Notes: generated by a model from the sequence alone, not told the origin. 64,000 nucleotides of DNA from an uncultured delta proteobacterium (GCA_963699755.1 CAVOVB010000002.1:96001-160000); one strand, 5' to 3'; numbered from the stretch's first letter, positions 9,356-19,480 are shown. Program-made: numbers and translations.

Positions 9356-11230
9356 CTAGCGCTCTGCATCGATCGCGTGGCGCAGCGCATCGAGCTCAGG
9401 AACCTCGGCAATCGACGGGTGCGCGAGCCAGAGCGCGGGAATCATCACTGGCATGTCGAGGAGCTGCTGGGCGTACGCCTTGCCTTGCGGGTCGAAGCGC
9501 AGAGATGCGACGCCCCCCCCGCCGAGCGCATCGCGGAGGACGAAGTTGAGCGCTTGGATCCCGGGGAGATCGTACCTCTCCACGGGGTCTGTTTTCCCCC
9601 CCGGCCCTCCGGCGTTGGGACCGATCCGATGCGCGAACCAACCGGCAACGACCTCCGAGGATAGCTGGTCGCGCAGGAGTGGTAAGAAGTCTGGATGTCG
9701 CGCCCGAACACCGATGTTGGCGTCCGCACCCTTGTCGCCGCTGCGGGCGTGCGCGATTGCGATCAGCGGAACCTCGACCGGGTCGACCGGCACGAACGCT
9801 TCGGTCAGGAACTCTCCTTCCAAGGTGTGTTGGGTGGTTCGTGGCAGCAGCGGCTCTTCGTAGGGAATCGCTTCGCCGTCGAGGTAAACGCGGGGATGAA
9901 ACCGTTCGCGCGGGATCAGATAACTGTGGAGCCGGACGAGCGGCGTAGGCTTGGGAAGCCCCGTGCCGCCACCGCTGAGCCCGGGTACGGCGAGGCCAAA
10001 GGAAGCCGTTTCACGAACCACCGCAGCAAGCGCTGTGCGCGAATCATGGTGAAGGGCGATCTTCAGCACCACCTCGCGGCTGTCTCGGGCTCGTGCATGC
10101 GGCCCATAGGTACTCTCGGCGCCGAGGATCTCGATGTCCACGTCGCGGAGGGGAGCAAAGCCTCTGCGATCGAGCAGGCGCTCCGCACGGTGGACGAAAT
10201 CGCCACCGAGCCGCCTCGCTTTTCGCTCCGCTTCGCGCCCCGCGATGAACAAGAGCGCGCGGGTCTTGTATCCGTCGAAGACCTGCGCGCTGGCCTTGAG
10301 CGTAGCCGGCGGCGGTGTGCCCCGGGCGCCCGTGACCTCGACGCGGTCCTCGCCCACTTGGGTGAGCTCGACTTGCCGCCAGTCGCAGGTGACGTCCGGC
10401 AAGAGGTAAGCAGATGGGTCACCGATCTCATAGAGAAGTTGCTCCGAGGCGGTGCGCACATCGACCAAGCCACCGGTGCCCTCGGGCTTGGTGAGCACGA
10501 ATGACCCATCCGCACGACACTCCGCGATCGGATAGCCGAGATCTTCCCAGGACGGGATGTCTTCCCAATCCGTCAGGAGGCCCCCGGTCGATTGCGGGCC
10601 ACATTCGAGCAAGTGGCCGGCAAGGCTCCCCTGGGAAAGAGCGTCGAGAGCCTCCGGACCCCAACCGAACTCGTGAATCAAGGGTCCAAGCGCCAATGCG
10701 GAGTCCACAGAGCGGCCCGTGATCACAACGTCCGCGCCGGCTCCCAGTGCCGCGGCGATCGGTCGAGCGCCCAGGTAGGCATTGAAGCTCAGCGGATCGG
10801 CGACTAGAGCTGAACCATCGCTCATCTCCGTGAGCCCGAGCGCGCGAAGCTCTTCCATTCGCTCGATGAGATTGTCGCCTTGGACCGCGGCAATTCGGAT
10901 CGAGAAGCCGGCCTCGTCTGCCATCGAGCGAAGCGCAGCCGCGGCTCCATCGGGATTCACACCGCCAGCGTTCGTCACGACGCGAACACCCTGTTCTACG
11001 AAACGCCCGAGGTCGCGCCCGATCATTGCGATCACGTCGGTAGCGTAGCCGAGCTCCGGATCCTTCTGACGCGCGCGCGTCAAGATCCCCATCGTGATCT
11101 CAGCAAGCCCCTCGAACAAAATATAATCGCAGCGTCTCGAGTCGAGCAGCTGCGGCGCTGCAAACGAGGTGTCGCCCCATGCACCAGCCGCACCGCCCAG
11201 GACCACCACCTTCTCTCGCTGACTCGCCAT
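9356..11230 (-). CDS. Acyclic terpene utilization AtuA family protein (DUF1446)
   Basis: GLAEITM, VVTNAGGVNP, GHLLECG, HARSGDKG, LRFDPQGKAYAQ. Confidence 0.92.
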   Translation of the reverse strand: MASQREKVVVLGGAAGAWGDTSFAAPQLLDSRRCDYILFEGLAEITMGILTRARQKDPELGYATDVIAMIGRDLGRFVEQGVRVVTNAGGVNPDGAAAALRSMADEAGFSIRIAAVQGDNLIERMEELRALGLTEMSDGSALVADPLSFNAYLGARPIAAALGAGADVVITGRSVDSALALGPLIHEFGWGPEALDALSQGSLAGHLLECGPQSTGGLLTDWEDIPSWEDLGYPIAECRADGSFVLTKPEGTGGLVDVRTASEQLLYEIGDPSAYLLPDVTCDWRQVELTQVGEDRVEVTGARGTPPPATLKASAQVFDGYKTRALLFIAGREAERKARRLGGDFVHRAERLLDRRGFAPLRDVDIEILGAESTYGPHARARDSREVVLKIALHHDSRTALAAVVRETASFGLAVPGLSGGGTGLPKPTPLVRLHSYLIPRERFHPRVYLDGEAIPYEEPLLPRTTQHTLEGEFLTEAFVPVDPVEVPLIAIAHARSGDKGADANIGVRARHPDFLPLLRDQLSSEVVAGWFAHRIGPNAGGPGGKTDPVERYDLPGIQALNFVLRDALGGGGVASLRFDPQGKAYAQQLLDMPVMIPALWLAHPSIAEVPELDALRHAIDAER

Positions 11231-11487
11231 GACTCGATTCCCGATCTGCGAGCAGAAGCTCTAGTTTGTCAACGCGAAATGCCGATCAGGCGATCGGTAC
11301 CGCAGACTTCAATCCATGTGACGCTGGAAGCCGCGCGAGCGAAGTCTCGAGCGCCGGCCATCGGCAACGAACCCGAGGCTCTGAAGCGGGACCGACCCGC
11401 ACTACGTCGGGTTCGAGTCGATGGTCACCGCCACTAAACACCGCTACGCTTCGTGCTGCAAGTCTGCTGGTATGTTATTGAAATCAC

Positions 11488-13239
11488 ATGGGGACGCCCG
11501 CGGTGATTCCATTCCGCGCCAAACTGACGGTCCTGGGGGCCGTCCTCACGATTGTGCCGCTCGCAGCGCTGGGTTTCGCCCTGATGAGCAAGGCGAGCGA
11601 GACCGTGCGCACCATGACGCGCGAGTACCAGCTCTCCGTGGCCGGAGATCTGTCCCGCACGATCGAATCAGAGCTCGGAGAAGCGGAAAATGGGCTCGAA
11701 GCGGTCGGGCGCGTCCTGACGAACGTCGAGCTTCCCGAATCCATCGCGATCCAGCTCGCGATCAATCTAGTCGCCGCGCATGAGGCGATAGAACATGTCG
11801 GAGTCTACGCGCGCAGTGGCGAATTGCTGGACGTCATTCGGGAGGCCACGGCGCAGCAAGTAAAACCGCCGGAGCAGCTCTCGAACGATATCCGAGAGAG
11901 GGCGGCCTCGGAAAACGTAGTAACCGGTGAGACTGTCCCTGGGATGGAAGGCCCGCGTGTCTTGCTCGTCCTGCCGATTCGTAGCAAGGACGTGGTGACG
12001 GGCTTCGTCGGCAGCTTGGTGTCGCTCCGGCGCGTGCAGCAACGGGTCGCTCAGCTGTCGATCGAGCGCTTTGAGGGGCTACCCGGCTCGCTCTTCGTCG
12101 TCGACGACCAGATGCGCATTCTTGCCCACCCGAGCGTCGAACAGTCACGGGAGCTCACCTCGGCACGGGGCATAGGCGCACTCGAAGGCATCGAGACCAC
12201 CAGGTTGGTCGGTGCGATGGTGAAATCGGGAGAGTACGTCGACAGTGGCGGCACGGAGATGGTTGGCACCGTCACCGGCCTGCAGACGCGTCCATGGGCC
12301 ATCGTGACGCAGATTCCCCGCGATTTCGCCTACGCCTCGGTAGACACGATGCGCCGGGTGGTCTTCATCGTCAGCCTCATCGCAATCATCATTGCCTTGA
12401 TGGTGGCGTTCGCGGTCGCACGCCAGATCACTCGACCGATCGAGCAGCTTTCTACCTTTGCGGGCGACCTCGCGGCTCGCCGCTTTGACAAGCGGGTCAC
12501 CGTGAATACCCGCGACGAATTGGCAGTCCTGGGAGACGTGCTCAGCTCCGCAGCCGCTGATCTGCAGGCAAGCGAAGAGAGAATTCGCGAGGAAGAAGCG
12601 ATTCGGCGAGACCTTCGGCGGTATCTCGATGCGGATCTGGTCGACAGGGTCGTTCGTCGCGAACAGGACATGAACCTCGGCGGTGAGCGGAGGGAGATCT
12701 CGGTGCTCTTCGCCGATGTGGTGGCCTTCACGCCGATCGCCGACTCTCTGGCAGCCGAAGAGACCGTAGGCCTCCTGAACGAGCTGTTCACCATCCTGAC
12801 CGAAATCGTGTTCCGCTACGAAGGCACGGTGGACAAGTTCATCGGCGACTCCGTGATGGCGATCTGGGGCGCACCCCAGCTGCAACCCGACCACGCGGCG
12901 CGCGCCGTCGCTGCAGCCGAAGACATGATGCGCTGGCTCGAAGCAGGCAATCAGGGCTGGCGACAGAAGTTTGGAGTGACGGTGGAGCTGGCAATTGGGA
13001 TCAACTCGGGGCACGCTGTCGTTGGCAACGTGGGATCCGAAACGCGCATGCAGTACACGGCGATCGGAGATGTGGTCAACGTCGCGGCGCGCCTCGAGTC
13101 AATTGCCCGACCGCATCAGATCCTGGTTACGCAGGCCACCAAGAGCTCGGCCGGTAGCGATTTCGAGTACGCGTCCCTGGGATCGCGGCAGCTCGTGGGG
13201 CGCCGCGACCCAGTGAAGCTATTCGAAGTGCGGGTATGA
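11488..13239 (+). CDS. Membrane adenylate cyclase (Cache-HAMP-class III cyclase)
   Basis: Two TM helices around a Cache-like domain; HAMP (ITRPI..RDEL); VLFADV, DKFIGD, YTAIGDVVNVAARLE (Lys/Thr point to ATP specificity). Confidence 0.92.
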   Translation: MGTPAVIPFRAKLTVLGAVLTIVPLAALGFALMSKASETVRTMTREYQLSVAGDLSRTIESELGEAENGLEAVGRVLTNVELPESIAIQLAINLVAAHEAIEHVGVYARSGELLDVIREATAQQVKPPEQLSNDIRERAASENVVTGETVPGMEGPRVLLVLPIRSKDVVTGFVGSLVSLRRVQQRVAQLSIERFEGLPGSLFVVDDQMRILAHPSVEQSRELTSARGIGALEGIETTRLVGAMVKSGEYVDSGGTEMVGTVTGLQTRPWAIVTQIPRDFAYASVDTMRRVVFIVSLIAIIIALMVAFAVARQITRPIEQLSTFAGDLAARRFDKRVTVNTRDELAVLGDVLSSAAADLQASEERIREEEAIRRDLRRYLDADLVDRVVRREQDMNLGGERREISVLFADVVAFTPIADSLAAEETVGLLNELFTILTEIVFRYEGTVDKFIGDSVMAIWGAPQLQPDHAARAVAAAEDMMRWLEAGNQGWRQKFGVTVELAIGINSGHAVVGNVGSETRMQYTAIGDVVNVAARLESIARPHQILVTQATKSSAGSDFEYASLGSRQLVGRRDPVKLFEVRV

Positions 13240-13252
13240 ACGGAGGCACTGC

Positions 13253-14551
13253 ATGAGCTTCGGAGACCTCGCACCAGGCACCCTCATCGCTGAGCGATTC
13301 GTCATCGAACGGCAGGTGGGCGCCGGCGGAATGGGTACGGTATACGCCGCAAAACAACTGGGGCTGGACCGCTCAGTCGCGATCAAAGTGATCTCACCAG
13401 AAGACGCCTCGAAGCCCATGGCCCGACGGCGTTTCGAGCGGGAGGCCCGCGTGGCGTCTGCACTTCGACACCGCAATGCGGTCGAGATCTACGACTTCGG
13501 TACGCACGAAAGCACGATGTACCTGGCGATGGAGCTTCTCGACGGCCTGAGCCTTCGTTCGCTCGTCGACGTCGATCTACCTCCGCTTAGTCCACGCCGT
13601 GCTTGTCAGATCGCCGCAGATGTCGCTGACGTTCTAGCGTCCGCCGCGTCCATCGGCTTGATTCACCGCGACCTCAAGCCGGAGAACATCATTCTCGACC
13701 GGACCCGTGATGGGGAGCGAACGGTGGTCGTTGATTTCGGCCTCGCGTACATTCTGGAAAGCGAGGTTTCGGGGCGGCTCACCCGCGTTGGCGAGGGCCT
13801 CGGCACGCCCGACTATTTGTCGCCCGAGCAAGCGAGGGGCGTGAGCCTTTCGCCTGCCTGCGATGTCTACTCGCTTGGCTGCGTGCTCCACGAGATGCTG
13901 ACCGCAAACCCGCCTTTCGACGGCCAGAACGCTGTCGTCCTGTCGCAGCACTTGTTCGTCGCCCCAGTGTCGATTCGTGAACGCTTCCCGGAGATCCAGA
14001 TCCCTAACGCGCTCGACGAGCTCATCCTTCAGATGCTCGCAAAATCGCCCAACGAACGTCCCTCTGCGCACGCGGTCTTCGAGACACTTCGCTTGCTCGA
14101 CCCGAGCGCTCCCGAACGCAAAGGAGAGGGGACGGGCGAACGGCTCCTCGGCAGGCCGGCGCGGATGGTGTCGGCGCCTCCCATCGAAGCGGATGACGCC
14201 ACGATGGACGGTGACCTCTGGTTTGGCAGCGACATCAAGATCGCGGTGTGCGGCGAGGTCGAGCCGGGCCTGGCGCTCGGGCTTGCCGCAAACGGAATCG
14301 AGGCCGTGGCGATCGAAGCCGAGCCAGCGGAGGTTCCACTGGGCCTATTGGCCGTTTTCGCCCCCGGCGCGAGCGCACGGCAAGTCGCAGCACTTGCAGA
14401 GACGGGGCTTCCCGTCGTGAGCGACGCCGCCCCATCAGACATCGGTCGGCTCACCGAAATGCTGCGGGCGGGTGCATCGGAGATCGTCATTCAGCCCTGC
14501 CCGCCCGAGGAGATCGCTCGGAAGGTTTGGCGCGCGGTTCGGAAGGGCTAA
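13253..14551 (+). CDS. Hanks-type Ser/Thr protein kinase with C-terminal receiver-like domain
   Basis: GAGGMGTVY, VAIK, HRDLKPEN, DFG, GTPDYLSPE; GGAGG SD. Confidence 0.93.
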   Translation: MSFGDLAPGTLIAERFVIERQVGAGGMGTVYAAKQLGLDRSVAIKVISPEDASKPMARRRFEREARVASALRHRNAVEIYDFGTHESTMYLAMELLDGLSLRSLVDVDLPPLSPRRACQIAADVADVLASAASIGLIHRDLKPENIILDRTRDGERTVVVDFGLAYILESEVSGRLTRVGEGLGTPDYLSPEQARGVSLSPACDVYSLGCVLHEMLTANPPFDGQNAVVLSQHLFVAPVSIRERFPEIQIPNALDELILQMLAKSPNERPSAHAVFETLRLLDPSAPERKGEGTGERLLGRPARMVSAPPIEADDATMDGDLWFGSDIKIAVCGEVEPGLALGLAANGIEAVAIEAEPAEVPLGLLAVFAPGASARQVAALAETGLPVVSDAAPSDIGRLTEMLRAGASEIVIQPCPPEEIARKVWRAVRKG

Positions 14552-14562
14552 AGGGGGGAACG

Positions 14563-16872
14563 TTGCTTCGAACCATCGCATTCATCGCTATGCTCGGCCT
14601 GCTTGTCGGTGTCGCCCCGCATGCAGAGGCGCAGGCGACCGGGCCCAGCGAGACGTACGAGTACGTGGTTCAGCCGGGCGATACCTGCGCAGGCATCGCC
14701 GAACGCCTCTTCGGGAGCAAGAGCCAGTACGATCTCATCCACCAACACAACCCAGGCATGGGCCCCACCCCGCACCACCTAGTGCCGGGCAGAGTCCTAA
14801 TCTTGCCGAGGCTCGAGCAGGGCCCCGACGCTCGGCTCACGGACGTGCAGCGCACGGTGCAAGCGCGGGCGCCGAAAGAGCCCAACTGGGAGCGGGCGAA
14901 ACAGGGCAAGGAGCTCTACCGAGGATGGCGGGTCAATACGCTGGATCGGGCGTCCGCGGATGTGACGTTTCAAGACGGGTCTCTGGTGCAGATGAGACAG
15001 AACACGCTCATCATCATCTATGGAGGCGTGTATCGGGACGCTCGTCGCAAGACCTCCGAAGCAAGCTTGGAGCGAGGCACCCTACGAAGCCGATTGAGCG
15101 AGCTCCGTCTCGATGTGAAGACGCCAACTGCAGAGGCAGCCCTCCACGGCGGCAGCTCAGTCGTCAGTGTCGAGGATGACGGAACGAGCCTGCTCTCGAA
15201 CCACGAAGGCGGTGACGCCCGTTTCAAGGTGACCATGGGCGAGGTGGTCAGTGTGAAGCCGGGATTCGGCTCCAAAGTGCGCAAAGGGACCAAGCGACCG
15301 AGCCAACCTACCCCCCTACCCCCGACCCCCAGATGGAGCAGCGACCTCGAGACGATCTTCTCAGGCATTCGGGCTCAAGGCGGCACGGTTCGTGGAGCAT
15401 GGACGGCAGTCGACTCCGCCAAGTCCTATCGGATCGAGCTCGCCAGGGGCCGCAATGGGGGCGAAGTGCTCGTGGCGACGAAGGTGCCTTCATCGGTCAC
15501 GAGCTTCGAGATTCACCGACTCCCAGAAGGAGTCTACTTCGCTCGTGTTTCGACGATCGACGGCGACGGGTTTGAAAGCCCGCAATCCGATTCGCGTGCG
15601 ATGACCGTGCGCTTGGTGCACCTCGACGTACCCGGCGAGGAAGCGCCTCCGAGCGAAGACCCGGGCGATCCGGAGCTTGCACCCTTGCCGGCCAGAGTGC
15701 TTCCTGGGACGAAAGTCGTCTCGCCGAGCGGATTCCTCTGCAGCACGGCGAGCCACGACAAGTCTGCGTCCTTCACATTGAGCGACGCGGGTGCCTACGA
15801 AGTGGAGTGCGCGGCGCACGACGGGACTGCGGCGCCGCCGGTCGCAGTTGCGGTCGTGGCGCCTGTTTTGGAAGTCCTGGAACCCGAGACGAACGCGCCG
15901 CTGGTTAGAAACGCTGCTCCGAGGCGTATGAACGTGGCCGTGCAGAGCGAGCTGCCGCTTCCCGATGCCACCCGGTTCCGTGTTTCCCCAGAAGTTGCTC
16001 TTGATCATCTGACCCGTAGCGGCAACACGACCACGCTCGAGCTCGGCGCGACGACGGAAAGTCCCGACGAGATCCGGCTCGATCTGGTGGCGGGGCCCAA
16101 TGATGATGATGCGGTGCTCGCATCGCTTGGATTCGACGTGATTGAATCCGAGAGGCTGGATTTCGCGCCGAACGAGGCGCTGGGACTCATGCTGTCGCGA
16201 AATGCCCTTGGACTGACGAACGATCGAAGGGAAGGCTCGGGCCCGATCGCAACGTTCGCATACGCCGGGGACCCGAGAGCGAACAAGGGCAGATGGCGGC
16301 TGAACCTCGGCGGGGAGGTCGCGCCCGTTCGACGCGTCCGCCTCGGCATCGCAGTCCCGGTCGATGTACACCGAAGCGGCGCCGGGCCAGCACCGCTCAG
16401 CCATGACGGGCTCCTAGTCTGGGGCGGGTACCGCATCCTAATGCGACGCGACATCTCGCTCTATGCCCAGCTCGGCGTCTGGTTTCCGAGCGCCCAAGAA
16501 GACAAGAGCATCCGCCGGACCCGCATTGCGCCGGCCTTGGAGGCCTCATACCTACTCATCGACCGCCTGCTGTTTCGTACGCGACAAGGAGCGATCCTCC
16601 AGACCTCGTCCGGAGGCCCGTTCCTCTGGGCCTCGGCATATGGCCTCGATATCAAGCTCGTTCGGCGCCTTTCGATCAGTGGGGAGCTCGATCTAGTGCT
16701 CGGCAGGTCCGGAGACGAAGCCGTGGAGGGCGTCGGCGGGGGTCCTGGCCTGAGCCTGCTGCTCGGCCCCGCAGCGCTTTACTTCGCAACCCGCTTTTCG
16801 GCCACCGACGACTTCGAGGCGATCAACGGAAAGTATACCTTCACCGGCGGTGTTAGAGTGACCTTCGAGTGA
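14563..16872 (+). CDS. Exported LysM-FecR domain protein with probable C-terminal beta-barrel
   Basis: TTG start after GGGGG; signal peptide (AEA); LysM YVVQPGDTCAGIA; FecR-like RASADVTFQDGSLVQM; Fn3-like segment; amphipathic strands ending VRVTFE. Confidence 0.8.
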   Translation: MLRTIAFIAMLGLLVGVAPHAEAQATGPSETYEYVVQPGDTCAGIAERLFGSKSQYDLIHQHNPGMGPTPHHLVPGRVLILPRLEQGPDARLTDVQRTVQARAPKEPNWERAKQGKELYRGWRVNTLDRASADVTFQDGSLVQMRQNTLIIIYGGVYRDARRKTSEASLERGTLRSRLSELRLDVKTPTAEAALHGGSSVVSVEDDGTSLLSNHEGGDARFKVTMGEVVSVKPGFGSKVRKGTKRPSQPTPLPPTPRWSSDLETIFSGIRAQGGTVRGAWTAVDSAKSYRIELARGRNGGEVLVATKVPSSVTSFEIHRLPEGVYFARVSTIDGDGFESPQSDSRAMTVRLVHLDVPGEEAPPSEDPGDPELAPLPARVLPGTKVVSPSGFLCSTASHDKSASFTLSDAGAYEVECAAHDGTAAPPVAVAVVAPVLEVLEPETNAPLVRNAAPRRMNVAVQSELPLPDATRFRVSPEVALDHLTRSGNTTTLELGATTESPDEIRLDLVAGPNDDDAVLASLGFDVIESERLDFAPNEALGLMLSRNALGLTNDRREGSGPIATFAYAGDPRANKGRWRLNLGGEVAPVRRVRLGIAVPVDVHRSGAGPAPLSHDGLLVWGGYRILMRRDISLYAQLGVWFPSAQEDKSIRRTRIAPALEASYLLIDRLLFRTRQGAILQTSSGGPFLWASAYGLDIKLVRRLSISGELDLVLGRSGDEAVEGVGGGPGLSLLLGPAALYFATRFSATDDFEAINGKYTFTGGVRVTFE

Positions 16873-16891
16873 GGAGTCTTCCGGTACCGCG

Positions 16892-17251
16892 CTAAGTCGG
16901 CGCGGCGGGCCCTTCGTAGCGGTCGCCCCCGAAGGCGAGGATCGGATAGAAGATGAAGCCCAGGAAGAACAGCCCTAAGGCGAACGCGAGATCGTGGCCG
17001 AACGACCTCGACAAGTCGAGCGCGACGAGGAAGCCCACGACGATGTTCACCAGCGGAACCAAGAAAAGGAAGATCCACCACCAGGGACGCCCGACGATCT
17101 CGAGTAGGACGATCACGTTGTAGATGGGGATGATCGCCGCCCATCCCGGTTTGCCGGCTTTCTCGAAGATCTTCCAGAGCACCCAGACGAAGAACGCAAT
17201 GACTGCGAGCTGAATGATCAACCCGACGAAGCTGCCGTCACCTCGGTCCAT
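16892..17251 (-). CDS. DUF5684 family membrane protein
   Basis: WKIFEKAGKPGWAAIIPIYN; GAGGAGG SD. Confidence 0.88.
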   Translation of the reverse strand: MDRGDGSFVGLIIQLAVIAFFVWVLWKIFEKAGKPGWAAIIPIYNVIVLLEIVGRPWWWIFLFLVPLVNIVVGFLVALDLSRSFGHDLAFALGLFFLGFIFYPILAFGGDRYEGPAAPT

Positions 17252-17315
17252 TTGTAACCTCCTCTGGCGAGCTCTTGGTCGCCTCGTCGACTACCCTAAC
17301 ATGACCTGACCTGGC

Positions 17316-18182
17316 TCAGCGACGGCCTATCGACGCCTGGAGCGCGTCGGCCTCGAAACCGTCCGGAGCCTTGCCGTCCCGCATGTAGAGGTAGAGCGCG
17401 GCTTGAAAAATGCCCTGTAGGGCGGACTGCGCCAGCGCAATGACGATGAAGCCGATCACGGACACCGCGATGAGCGCCAGGCTCTGGGCCGCGATGCCCA
17501 TGAACAAGAGCAGCACCAGGGGCAGCGCGAGAACGATGAATATCAAGCCGAAGCTGAAGTTGCCGATGATCTGCTCGCCCCAGGTCTTCTTGAGCATCGA
17601 GGCCGAGCGCTGAAGCGCGGTCAACGGTCCCTCGTTCTCGATCACGAGAACGGGAACGACGAGAAAGCTGGTAATCGACCAGGCCATGCCCAGAAGACCC
17701 GCAACAATCTTGCCGACGAGGTTGGAGCGTTCTTCGATCATGCGGAGCACCAGCCCGACGGTCGCCGCGAGCACCGCCCAACCCAAGATTGCGGGAAGCC
17801 GAGCCCAGGCAGCGCGGAGGCCGTCTCCCACGGTCGGATCGCCGCCTTCCATTCGAATCTCGGCGCAGGCGATGAGGCCGGCATTGAAGAAGATGATCAC
17901 GAAGTAGTTGCAGCAGTAGAAGAGGAACAGGCCAAGCATTTGCAGGACTTGATCCGTCGAAATCCTGCCGTCGGACGCCCGCAGCGCTTCGGCTGCGCCT
18001 GCTGTCACGCTCTCGCGGGCGGCCTGCCAATCGGTCAGAGCCAGCATTGGTGCGGCAACCGACGCGAGAACCAGCATACAGCCGATCGCCGAGAGCAGCG
18101 GAAAGAAGAGGAGCTCTTTGTCCTGCTTCAGCACCTCCCAGGATGCGCGCATCAACGAAAACGTACGAGAAAATTTGCCCAA
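17316..18182 (-). CDS. DUF6159 family membrane protein
   Basis: SWEVLKQDKELLFFP, LKKTWGE; TTG start with GGGGG SD. Confidence 0.82.
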   Translation of the reverse strand: MGKFSRTFSLMRASWEVLKQDKELLFFPLLSAIGCMLVLASVAAPMLALTDWQAARESVTAGAAEALRASDGRISTDQVLQMLGLFLFYCCNYFVIIFFNAGLIACAEIRMEGGDPTVGDGLRAAWARLPAILGWAVLAATVGLVLRMIEERSNLVGKIVAGLLGMAWSITSFLVVPVLVIENEGPLTALQRSASMLKKTWGEQIIGNFSFGLIFIVLALPLVLLLFMGIAAQSLALIAVSVIGFIVIALAQSALQGIFQAALYLYMRDGKAPDGFEADALQASIGRR

Positions 18183-18333
18183 GTTGTCCCCCTTTTGCCG
18201 GACACAGCCCTCCAAGAGGATATCGCAAACTGAGCTCGGGCCAAAATCCGCTAGTGGCACTGCCTTCCCGGCCGCTCGTCGCTCGCGCCTGATATGCGAC
18301 GACTAGCGTCTTGGCTCAGGGCAACTGCCGTCG

Positions 18334-19005
18334 TCATTCCAGTCCCGGCAACGGTACGCCGCCTCGCGCCTGCGCGCATTCGTCGATGAATGCGTAGTAG
18401 ACCGCTGCCATGACCTCGTACGCCGTGAAGCCGATGCGATGCCGAAGGCTGGGTGGGGCGGCGGCGGCGGCAGGCCGAACCTCGAAGCCCGCGCACTCGA
18501 AGAGCCGGCGCGCTCGCCCGAGGTGGTAGGGCGAGGTCACTAGGATGACCTGAGATCTTCGCCCAGGGCTCGCTTCAGCACTTAGCAACTGCTTAGTGAA
18601 GCGCGCGTTCTCGATGGTGTTCCGGGACTTGGTTTCGATGCGAATCGCATCCGCGGGGACGCCGAGGTCGACAGCGAGGTCGCGCATGACCTCGGCTTCG
18701 ACGTCGCCCCGGGGTGCCGGTCCGCCGGTCATGACGAGGAGCGGTGCGCAGCCCTGTTGGTAGATCTCGACACCTCGTCGGACGCGGCGTTCGCTTTCTG
18801 GCATCACTCGGCCGTATTCGTCGGTCGGCGGCCGATTTCCGAGCACGACAATTGCGTCGACGCGGAGATCTTCGGGCAGCTCGGGCCAGGACTCGCTGCA
18901 GGCGCTCACCAGCAGGCTGAGCAGCAGGAGTTGGCAAGCTCCTCGCCTTCGCCCACCGCTGCGGCTATGCTCGACAGCCTGCGTGGCTTTCCTGAGGGAG
19001 AACAT
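18334..19005 (-). CDS. YdcF/DUF218 family protein (start uncertain)
   Basis: AIVVLG, MTGG, EAEVM, SRNTIENA, VTSPYHLGRA; lipobox-like VSAC. Confidence 0.85.
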   Translation of the reverse strand: MFSLRKATQAVEHSRSGGRRRGACQLLLLSLLVSACSESWPELPEDLRVDAIVVLGNRPPTDEYGRVMPESERRVRRGVEIYQQGCAPLLVMTGGPAPRGDVEAEVMRDLAVDLGVPADAIRIETKSRNTIENARFTKQLLSAEASPGRRSQVILVTSPYHLGRARRLFECAGFEVRPAAAAAPPSLRHRIGFTAYEVMAAVYYAFIDECAQARGGVPLPGLE

Positions 19006-19480
19006 GAATCGGCATCTTTGCGCCAAATGGACGCTGTTGTTCGTTGCGAGCGTGGGCGTCACCCTGTCGGCGTTTGCTGCCGATTCCGACGACCGACCCT
19101 CCGCTGACCCGGACGACCCGCTCTCCATCACATTCGTAATTTCGAAAGCCAAGTCCCGAGAAGGCCGGGTATTGTGCGGCCTCTACGCTCAAGAGGCGAA
19201 GTGGCTGAGTCGCGACTATTTTCAAGGCGCCAAGTCCGAGATCGACGAACACGGTAGAGCGCGCTGCGAGTTCCGAGGCATACCAGCCGGATTGTATGCG
19301 ATTTCCGCATTTCATGATCTCGATAGTGACAACGAGCTCGATCGAAAGATCTTTGGCATTCCTTCGGAACCCTACTGCGCGTCGCGAAACGCTCGACGCG
19401 CCTTCGGCCCGCCCCGCTGGCGAGACGCGGTCTTCGAGTACCCCGACATCGCCCCGGTCGAGCTCAACGCCGAGTTCTAG
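19004..19480 (+). CDS. DUF2141 family exported protein
   Basis: Signal peptide; GLYAISAFHDLDSDNELDRKIFGIPSEPY..SRN, FGPPRW. Confidence 0.85.
   Translation: MNRHLCAKWTLLFVASVGVTLSAFAADSDDRPSADPDDPLSITFVISKAKSREGRVLCGLYAQEAKWLSRDYFQGAKSEIDEHGRARCEFRGIPAGLYAISAFHDLDSDNELDRKIFGIPSEPYCASRNARRAFGPPRWRDAVFEYPDIAPVELNAEF

Noticed and set aside
11250..11272. Perfect TTGACA on the minus strand upstream of the AtuA-family gene
   Set aside because: No convincing -10 hexamer at 16-18 nt spacing
11376..11410. Possible hammerhead ribozyme (CTGAAG next to a hairpin)
   Set aside because: Lacks the CUGANGA and GAAA core
14248..14562. Long N-terminal extensions in the ORF track (also 36826-37425, 44413-45261, 30292-30762, 50408-50635, 41415-41711)
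   Set aside because: They overlap other genes; downstream starts have SD sequences, signal peptides or stop/start coupling
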